Assembly (NCBI GenBank): GCA_039802265.1
Contig: JBDRWI010000043.1
Location: forward strand, 1 to 20,595
Direction: 5' to 3'
DNA: 20,595 bases
Source of the DNA: a candidate division WOR-3 bacterium
Lineage (GTDB): Bacteria; Hydrothermota; Tepidihabitantia; SM23-42; JAOAFX01
In this document: one piece after another, positions 10,183-17,162 of the stretch
Numbering within the stretch: position 1 is the first letter of the stretch
Layout of the letters: every line of letters starts with the position of its first letter
Notes under the pieces: model-generated
What the model was told of the DNA's origin: nothing
Databases searched by the model: none
The model's input: the letters and a program-made list of their open reading frames with translations, nothing else
Program-made: the position numbers and the translations under genes

Positions 10183-12586
10183 ATTTGAAGAAATCTTAAT
10201 TACCGAAACACCCTATTACCAGAAATTGAGACATGACTACCGCGATGTGGTTGGCTTTAAAAGGCATCTGGAAGTTCTGCGGCGAATTTTACCCAATGCC
10301 CCGTTTTTGAATTATTTTGTGCAAAAAGAGGGGAAGGAGTTCGTCTTTTTAGGGAGGAAGATTTTTGTCCTTCAGACCGAATTCATTCAGAATTATTTAG
10401 AATTTTTACAGGATAACTCATTGACCAAATGGGAAAATTTCTTTGAACGCTATAGTAATAGTCTATTTGAAGTCTATAAGAAATTTGTCGCTGGCAACGG
10501 CAATCGTATCTTTATCTTTGAAATTGTAAACAGAAAATTGTTAAGGGATATTTTAACAAAAGAGACAGCCGGCAAATCAACAGATGAGAAGGCTATGGCT
10601 GCCGAAAGAATTGGAATTGTGGTAAACCAGTTATTCAATTATATCAGGAACTCACTTTCAAGGGGACTTTTTTACTCTGATGCTATAATTGTTGAGACCT
10701 ATGAAAAAATTCCGCTTTTACCCCGGTGTACCCGGGGCGAGATGCCCAAACTTTTGGGAAAACTTCTTCTTAAAAATGGTTTGCCGGAATTGCTCTTCAG
10801 TGCAATTTTGAGAAGGATGTTAAATTATTACTTTGAAAAAGATGTTCAGCAGATCATCAAGGAGATAGATGGCCTCGGGTATTTGATCAATCGCCAGACC
10901 ATTACTGAAATACTCAATTCCCATTTCCTGTTTCCCGATGAAAAGGCCTTCCAGCAGATAATGTTATTTGTTCAGAATAAAGCCAAGGGTATGATCAATG
11001 CACTCTCGGTAAGAATTAATTCGCTGGAAAAGGAGATGAAAGATTTGGAAGAGAAGATCGTTTTCACCAATAAAACTCTGAATGAAGAACTTATGGATAT
11101 AACCCGAAATCTATGCACCGAGGAGGCATTGGATACTCAACTAAAAAAGATCAAAAGGAATCTGCAGAATTTTGGTTATGACCTGAGGCGGCTCAAGAAG
11201 GAATATCAGGATAAACTCAAACAGAAGAATGAACTGGAAGGTCTGATCAAAATGGAACCCAAAAAATTATCGCAATTTATCATAAGGGATGAATGGGAAC
11301 CATTCTTAATTTTACTGCTTGGAGAGCGGAGAGAGGAAGTGATTTCGGGAGAAGAACTCCAGTCACTATTAAAAGAATGCGCGAGCGAATTAAAAAATGA
11401 CCGGGAGGCAATGGAGGTCATTAACGAGCTCAAAATCCCCGGACTATTTAAAGAGCGATACAATGACAAGGAGGTGATAAAAAGGTTCAATGAAATAATC
11501 AAGGGAATAATTCGTCCGGTCTTAGTATCATTCCTTCTGGAAGAATTGATTGATTACTATCCTAAAATCACCGGTACAACAGAAGCGGAGAATATTCGCT
11601 ATGTTGCCGAAGAGGCCCTCAAGGGAAATGTTCAACTCATTGAAAAAGATATTAAGACCATACCCAAAATAGAACCGGTGGCAACATTGAACATCCACCG
11701 CTACAAGAACCTTGTATCGGTTCTGGTCTATGATATTCGTGGTTCAACATTTATGGGTACGAAACTCCAGGATGCAATGCGGGAGAGTGAAATAAGGAAT
11801 CTTTTCCAGGAGACAATGCTTGCCGTAGTTGAAAAATACGGTGGCCTTCCCATCAAGGATACGGGTGACGGTGGGATTGTCCTTTTTGCCCGGAATAACT
11901 ATGCAATTAAAAAGAATGAAACAACAGCTCTTGAACCAGGGAGTGCTCTTGATGCTGTCCGCTGTGGGCTTGAGATGACCCGTGAGGCAATGGATTTTGT
12001 TCAGGAAAATATCAATCGCTACAAGGATTGGTTTTATGAGGCTGAAGAACGCAAGATAGACTTTGAGGGTGCAACCTATGCCACCTTGCCCCCTTCTTAT
12101 CAGGCAATATTCCAGATTGGTGTGGGGATTGCCTCTGGAGAATATCCCAGGGAAATATATCTGGATAAAAATGCCTTTGGTGATATTGATCTAACCGGAA
12201 TGTTGGTTCGGGAGGCAAATTTCTATGCCAAGATAAAGGCAAAGGAAAAATCCACGGTTGTCTGTGATGACTCAACGGTCTATAATTTACTCCTGAATGT
12301 AGAAAAATTCTCATTTCTGAGCGATGCGGGTTTGCGTGTTGACTCATTATCGCTGGATGTGGAACAGGGATTAGAGTACTGGATAAATCAAAGAATGACC
12401 CGCCGGGGATTCATTCTGGATTTTTATAAAATTTTAATATCAAAATTGGGTGAAGAGGTCATCCATCCGGGCAATGTCAGGATTCTTTTGGGGGTGGGAG
12501 ATATATTGATCGATGAAACTGGCGAGATAAAAGACGGTAAAGGGGGGCGTGGGAAATTTATCTTCGAGATAACTCAGGGAACATAA
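10169..12586 (+). CDS. Coiled-coil protein with C-terminal class III nucleotidyl (adenylate/guanylate) cyclase-like domain, paralog 1
   Basis: VLVYDIRGSTFM (D522), YGGLPIKDTGDGG (K563, D567), IGVGIASG, DLTG (D674); soluble helical N-terminus with a coiled coil at about 10990-11250. ATG 10169 overlaps the mltG 3' end and is preferred to 10076. Confidence 0.82.
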   Translation: MLRSEFEEILITETPYYQKLRHDYRDVVGFKRHLEVLRRILPNAPFLNYFVQKEGKEFVFLGRKIFVLQTEFIQNYLEFLQDNSLTKWENFFERYSNSLFEVYKKFVAGNGNRIFIFEIVNRKLLRDILTKETAGKSTDEKAMAAERIGIVVNQLFNYIRNSLSRGLFYSDAIIVETYEKIPLLPRCTRGEMPKLLGKLLLKNGLPELLFSAILRRMLNYYFEKDVQQIIKEIDGLGYLINRQTITEILNSHFLFPDEKAFQQIMLFVQNKAKGMINALSVRINSLEKEMKDLEEKIVFTNKTLNEELMDITRNLCTEEALDTQLKKIKRNLQNFGYDLRRLKKEYQDKLKQKNELEGLIKMEPKKLSQFIIRDEWEPFLILLLGERREEVISGEELQSLLKECASELKNDREAMEVINELKIPGLFKERYNDKEVIKRFNEIIKGIIRPVLVSFLLEELIDYYPKITGTTEAENIRYVAEEALKGNVQLIEKDIKTIPKIEPVATLNIHRYKNLVSVLVYDIRGSTFMGTKLQDAMRESEIRNLFQETMLAVVEKYGGLPIKDTGDGGIVLFARNNYAIKKNETTALEPGSALDAVRCGLEMTREAMDFVQENINRYKDWFYEAEERKIDFEGATYATLPPSYQAIFQIGVGIASGEYPREIYLDKNAFGDIDLTGMLVREANFYAKIKAKEKSTVVCDDSTVYNLLLNVEKFSFLSDAGLRVDSLSLDVEQGLEYWINQRMTRRGFILDFYKILISKLGEEVIHPGNVRILLGVGDILIDETGEIKDGKGGRGKFIFEITQGT

Positions 12587-12588
12587 AA

Positions 12589-14856
12589 ATGAATAAATTT
12601 ACTGGACTTTTGCTGCAAAATTATCTTGAAGAAAGAGGGCAATATTTGAAACTCCTCCGGGAGAGATTTTTAGACCAGAGGATAGCTACAAAAAATCTTA
12701 TAAATATAAAAGAGGGTTTTAAACTACTTGGATTAAATGTGGAAATATTTGAAAAGATAAAATCGGAAAATTTTATAATCTATCTTGGTGGCCCGATTAC
12801 CCGCTATGAAGGTTATGAGTTACCTTTGTATATCGGGCATAAGAAGTGTGGTTTACCAATACCCGCCGGTTTAACTGAGAAATTGCCAGGTGAGGTGATA
12901 AACCTGATTGAAAAAACAAAGGGCTACAGAACCCTCGCTGAACTAACAAATAGTTTAAAGTCATTTTCCCTTTCTCCGTCAATCTTTTTGACCATCCATA
13001 ATGCCCTGCTCAATGCCCGCGTTGAAACATTCCTACCCAATTTACTTGGTGATGTTGAAAAATTAATTTTTAAAAATTTAACCGAGGCAATGGCAAAGAT
13101 TCCTGAGGTTTATTTTTTACACCTTTCTCCACCTTCCCTCACTAAGTTGTTAAAGAAAATTTTTTCATTACTACAGAGTGAAAAAGAACGTATGACAGAG
13201 GAATTGCGTATGATTGATATGTATTCACAGCGTCTCAAAGAGCAACTACCAAATTTATATACTGAATTCAATACCGGTTTGAAAGAGATATTAGAAAACT
13301 ATGTAGAAAAGGGAGAAAGTGTCGAGTCAATTACCCGGCGTACCTCAAATCTCTTCTCCCGAATTGAAAGACTATTTTTGGGTAATGTCTATCATCTTAA
13401 GGATTATGAGCGTCGTAAAAAGGAGATTCAGCAGATTCTTAGACAGGAAGAAGATTTTAAATTTAATATAGATAAAAAACTTTCAGACAAAAGAAGGGCG
13501 ACCATTGAACTCTTTGAGGAATATCTCTTTTTCAGCCGATTTGGTGATCTTACACCCGCTGAGGAGAAACTGTTCTTCCGCACATTGATTCCAGCATTTG
13601 AAGAGATGCATCGCCAGAAGAGTATTGATTTACCGCTTTTGGGTAAATTTGAAAAGAAGTCTTTGCTCGGAGTGGAACTTGATTTTCCAGCACTAAAAGA
13701 GGCATATCACTCCTTTATGAGGCAGATACTTATTCCGGATTGTCTCGGGCAGTGTCTCTTTGATCTGGTTCTGTGTCTTCCGCCAAGGCGAAACGAACCC
13801 AAGAGGGTTGTTATAGACCTGGCCAATTTTACCCACCTGGCGCTGGAGGGAAATGAAATTTTGTGCGTGAAGAAACCAGCCGATGATTATCCAGCCGATT
13901 TAGTCAATTTCATTGAGTCGTTAAGGAAATGTATTACCGTCCTCGTGTATGATATAAGGGGTTCGTCATATATGGGAATCAAACTCCACAATGCACTGAA
14001 GGAACAGCGGATTAAATGCAAATTCGCCAGGGAAATGGCCGAGGTGGCAAAGAGATACGGTGGATTTCTGTTAAAAGATACTGGTGATGGAGGAATTATC
14101 TGGTTCGGTGAAAATTCAGATTCTCTGTATAATCACCTCTATACTGAGTCAATTACCGGCAAGGGGACAAACCTGCGTTATTCAATATTCTCCGGAGCAG
14201 ACTTTGAACTCATTCCCGCGCCTGATTCTGCAAAAAGGGCCTCTCTTTGCGCCCGGGATATGGTCATAAAGGCAGAAGAGTTTATCAAGGCAAATTTTAT
14301 GCATTACCGGGAGTGGTTCGTGGATGTGACCGAAAGGACCATGGAGGTCGATGGTGTGACATATGCCCTTCTGCCGCCTGAATTCCGGAGTCTGTTCCGC
14401 ATTGGCATTGGAATTGCCTCAGGATTGCCTGAAAGGGATGTAGTTATCGGCGCCAATTCTTTTGGTGACCCTGATCTTGTTGGACCGATACTTGCTGATG
14501 CCCATCTCTATTCAATGGAAAGACAACCGGGAAGGTCGGTTATAATCTGCGACCTGCCTACTTTTGTAAATCTAATGTTGAATATTGAGAGTTTTGAATT
14601 TCCCCTTGAAGAGGAGGATTTTGAGAAGTACATGAAATTGTTGACTGAATTAAGAAAGACAGTTCATGGTTATGTCTTTCCTGACTACAAAATATCAATT
14701 GCACCCCGCGGGGTACATATCCTGGAAGAACTTGACAAGCGAAAGGCACTCGTGGATTCAAAGGTTATTAACTTTATGATTGATGAATTGGGTAATCTTT
14801 ACAATGAAGAGAAGAAAAAGATCAAACCGATCTATGAGATCATTACTATGCAATGA
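12589..14856 (+). CDS. Coiled-coil protein with C-terminal class III nucleotidyl cyclase-like domain, paralog 2
   Basis: VLVYDIRGSSYM (D455), YGGFLLKDTGDGG (K496, D500), IGIGIASG, DLVG (D629); clearly similar to the upstream gene; starts 2 nt after its stop. Confidence 0.82.
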   Translation: MNKFTGLLLQNYLEERGQYLKLLRERFLDQRIATKNLINIKEGFKLLGLNVEIFEKIKSENFIIYLGGPITRYEGYELPLYIGHKKCGLPIPAGLTEKLPGEVINLIEKTKGYRTLAELTNSLKSFSLSPSIFLTIHNALLNARVETFLPNLLGDVEKLIFKNLTEAMAKIPEVYFLHLSPPSLTKLLKKIFSLLQSEKERMTEELRMIDMYSQRLKEQLPNLYTEFNTGLKEILENYVEKGESVESITRRTSNLFSRIERLFLGNVYHLKDYERRKKEIQQILRQEEDFKFNIDKKLSDKRRATIELFEEYLFFSRFGDLTPAEEKLFFRTLIPAFEEMHRQKSIDLPLLGKFEKKSLLGVELDFPALKEAYHSFMRQILIPDCLGQCLFDLVLCLPPRRNEPKRVVIDLANFTHLALEGNEILCVKKPADDYPADLVNFIESLRKCITVLVYDIRGSSYMGIKLHNALKEQRIKCKFAREMAEVAKRYGGFLLKDTGDGGIIWFGENSDSLYNHLYTESITGKGTNLRYSIFSGADFELIPAPDSAKRASLCARDMVIKAEEFIKANFMHYREWFVDVTERTMEVDGVTYALLPPEFRSLFRIGIGIASGLPERDVVIGANSFGDPDLVGPILADAHLYSMERQPGRSVIICDLPTFVNLMLNIESFEFPLEEEDFEKYMKLLTELRKTVHGYVFPDYKISIAPRGVHILEELDKRKALVDSKVINFMIDELGNLYNEEKKKIKPIYEIITMQ

Positions 14857-16244
14857 AGGTGCTGATATATAAAAAAGACTCATCATCTGTCACCAATCTG
14901 GTTAAGGTTGTAAAAAATTTGGGGCACAAGCCAATTTTGGTTTCTGATGATGACATTCTGAGGCAAGCCATTTTTAGAAAAGAGGTGGATATTCTTATTA
15001 TTGAGGCTTGCTGGCGAAGATTAATCTCTCAGATTGAACGATTGAATAAAGAAATTCCGCTAATTCTGATGATTCCTGAAGACGGTGTCTTCGTCGGTGG
15101 CGATTTGATAACTTCAAATACGGTCGCTATTTTAACCGATACGGGTTCGACTCTTTCATTCCGAAGGGCTTTTAATATGGCAATTAGTCGTCGTAAGAGA
15201 AACTTGGTCATACAAAATTCCGTTGAATCACTTAGAAAGAAGGTGAAGGAATTGGAAATACTAAATGAAATTGTCCGGGCAATAAATTCTTCATTAAGAC
15301 TTGATGAGATAATCCAGATTATCATGGAGAAGACCGCGGATTTGATAAAGGCAGAAGGTTGGTCTGTTCTTTTGCTTGATGAAGAAAAGAAAGAGCTGGT
15401 ATTCAAGGCAGCAGCCGGAGAGGCTGGCAAGAAACTCATCGGTATGAGATTAAAACTCGGTCAGGGAATTGCCGGTTGGGTTGCCCGCTCTGGAAAATCT
15501 TTAATTGTCAGTGATGTATCAAAAGACCCGCGCTTTTATTCCGGGGTTGATAAAAAAACTAAGTTTACTACAAAATCAATTCTGTGTGTTCCGATGAAAA
15601 GCCGCAATAAGATTATCGGCGTCGTGGAGGTTGTTAATAAGATTGGTGGCGACCCGTTTACCGAAGATGATTTACGGATATTTGAAAACCTGGTTGAGCA
15701 TGTTACCATTGCCCTGCTCAATGCCCGATTATATGAACAGATGGAGCGGGCGATTGTAACCGATGACCTTACGAGACTCTATAATACCCGTTATTGCAAT
15801 AAAATTCTTGACGAATTCATAAAAAAAGAAAAGGCTGGAAAAAGAAAGATTTCACTGATCTTTCTTGATGTTGATTATTTCAAACTTGTTGATGATAATT
15901 ATGGTCATCTGGTGGGTAGTAATACCCTGAAATTGATTGGTGAAAGGATTAAACAGGTGGTTCGTAAGGATGATGTGGTGGTTCGTTATGGTGGTGATGA
16001 ATATATCGTGGTATTACCCGATACCGGTAAGAAGATTGCCGGTATCGTTGCGGAAAGGATAAGAAAGGCGGTAAACAACAGCCCCTTCACCGCACCCCGA
16101 AACAAAAAATTCTTTATATCAGTTACCCTTGGTGTGGCAACCTATCCTGATGATGCCAGAACGCGCGACCAACTTATTGGAAAGGCTGATAAGGCAATGT
16201 ATGAAGGTAAGATGACCGGCCGGAACAGGGTTGTTATGGCATGA
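14853..16244 (+). CDS. Pseudo-receiver + GAF + GGDEF dinucleotide cyclase with Hypr-type signature (candidate 3',3'-cGAMP synthase)
   Basis: Degenerate REC at the N-terminus; GAF with DPRF..VD..T.F.TKSILCVPM and VNK....FTEDD; TDDLTRLYN; FLDVDYFKLVDDNYGHLVGS; RKDD I-site; RYGGDEY; KADKAMYEGK..GRNRV. ATGA overlap with the upstream gene. Confidence 0.93.
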   Translation: MKVLIYKKDSSSVTNLVKVVKNLGHKPILVSDDDILRQAIFRKEVDILIIEACWRRLISQIERLNKEIPLILMIPEDGVFVGGDLITSNTVAILTDTGSTLSFRRAFNMAISRRKRNLVIQNSVESLRKKVKELEILNEIVRAINSSLRLDEIIQIIMEKTADLIKAEGWSVLLLDEEKKELVFKAAAGEAGKKLIGMRLKLGQGIAGWVARSGKSLIVSDVSKDPRFYSGVDKKTKFTTKSILCVPMKSRNKIIGVVEVVNKIGGDPFTEDDLRIFENLVEHVTIALLNARLYEQMERAIVTDDLTRLYNTRYCNKILDEFIKKEKAGKRKISLIFLDVDYFKLVDDNYGHLVGSNTLKLIGERIKQVVRKDDVVVRYGGDEYIVVLPDTGKKIAGIVAERIRKAVNNSPFTAPRNKKFFISVTLGVATYPDDARTRDQLIGKADKAMYEGKMTGRNRVVMA

Positions 16245-16248
16245 TTTT

Positions 16249-16281
16249 ATTGTATAGGAATTTGAAAAATTCCTATACAAT
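16249..16281. terminator. Perfect 15-bp hairpin right after the GGDEF stop (possible terminator or protein-binding palindrome)
   Basis: ATTGTATAGGAATTT-gaa-AAATTCCTATACAAT; AT-rich and lacking a strong U-tract, so the function is uncertain. Confidence 0.5.
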
Positions 16282-16283
16282 GG

Positions 16284-16418
16284 TAATGAAATTTTTCATT
16301 ATAGTTAAAAAAACCACAAGATATTCAGGGGAGGATGATATGAAAATGGTCTCCGCACAAAGAGACGGTTTGCTATATAGCGGGGGTTTTCAGGGGGTAT
16401 CCCCCTGAATATCTTGTG
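16284..16418. repeat. Inverted-repeat element, copy 2
   Basis: Palindrome TAATGAAA-tt-TTTCATTA (16284-16301); perfect 17-bp arms CACAAGATATTCAGGGG (16315-16331) and CCCCTGAATATCTTGTG (16402-16418); internal TTCAGGGGG-tat-CCCCCTGAA (16389-16409). Confidence 0.75.
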
Positions 16419-16420
16419 TA

Positions 16421-16448
16421 TTGACAATCTTTTTTATTTGAATATAAT
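16421..16448 (+). promoter_or_regulatory. Sigma70-type promoter, leaderless rpsP transcript
   Basis: TTGACA (16421-16426), 16-bp spacer, TATAAT (16443-16448); ATG 16454 is 5 nt downstream with no SD. Confidence 0.82.
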
Positions 16449-16453
16449 TAGCA

Positions 16454-16705
16454 ATGGTTAGGATACGGCTGATGCGTATGGGAAGGCGGAATGTTCCCTT
16501 TTATCGGATTGTTGCGATTGATGGAAAAAAGGCAAGGGACGGCAAATACATTGATAACCTTGGTTATTACGATCCCCGAAGCAAGAATTTAAGTCTAAAA
16601 AGGGATCGCCTTGAATACTGGATCGCTAAGGGAGCTCAGCCTACCGATACGGTGGCTAAGTTAATTGAAAAAGCAAAAGGAGGTTCATATGAAGGAGCTA
16701 ATTGA
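16454..16705 (+). CDS. rpsP: 30S ribosomal protein S16
   Basis: [37 protein letters not shown] ... [12 protein letters not shown]. Confidence 0.98.
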   Translation: MVRIRLMRMGRRNVPFYRIVAIDGKKARDGKYIDNLGYYDPRSKNLSLKRDRLEYWIAKGAQPTDTVAKLIEKAKGGSYEGAN

Positions 16706-16919
16706 ATACATCGTAAAAGGACTTGTGGATAATCCAGATAAAGTAAATATTAAAGAGGTCGCTGGCGAAAAGAGCATTATATATGAACTTCGAGTCGGCG
16801 AAGGAGATCTGGGTAAAGTAATTGGTAAAGAAGGTAGAACCGCAAAGGCAATTCGAACCATCATTACCGCAGCAGCAATGAAACAAGGAAAACGCGCGGT
16901 ATTGGAAATCATTGAATAA
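16689..16919 (+). CDS. khpA: KH-domain RNA-binding protein KhpA (YlqC/UPF0109)
   Basis: [17 protein letters not shown] ... [26 protein letters not shown] (16679-16683) before ATG 16689; conserved position after rpsP. Confidence 0.95.
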   Translation: MKELIEYIVKGLVDNPDKVNIKEVAGEKSIIYELRVGEGDLGKVIGKEGRTAKAIRTIITAAAMKQGKRAVLEIIE

Positions 16920-16968
16920 TGCGCATTAGCCGCCCTTGCCTTTTTTCTTGGTAATCCACTGTAAGAAG

Positions 16969-17010
16969 AATCAGGGTCTGGGGTGAAATTTCCACCCCCT
17001 GATTTTTTTT
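16969..17010 (+). terminator. Rho-independent terminator after khpA
   Basis: AATCAGGG..GGGGTG-aaatttc-CACCCCCTGA stem followed by an 8-T run. Confidence 0.7.
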
Positions 17011-17162
17011 AGAGGAATTTGGAAATTCGTAAACCGGCTCACAGTTGTGAAATGTGCTGGGGTTTATGATGATTTCGTCTGACGACACCGAAGCCCTTTT
17101 CGCAACCGATAGCCAAAATTCAATCCGATTGACGGCGCGAATTTAGAACGCTGTTTTTCAAA

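Noticed and set aside
10169..14856. Pycsar or CBASS anti-phage system
   Set aside because: No adjacent TIR, transmembrane or nuclease effector; base-selecting residues look adenine-type; housekeeping context. Not fully excluded.
16315..16418. Element as a cGAMP/c-di-GMP (GEMM) riboswitch or NrdR box
   Set aside because: It lacks the GEMM tetraloop/receptor architecture, lies outside the predicted rpsP transcript, and CACAAGATAT resembles only half of an NrdR box.
17011..17162. Possible small RNA between khpA and the receptor gene
   Set aside because: Only weak terminal complementarity (AAATTCG/CGAATTT) and no recognisable family features.
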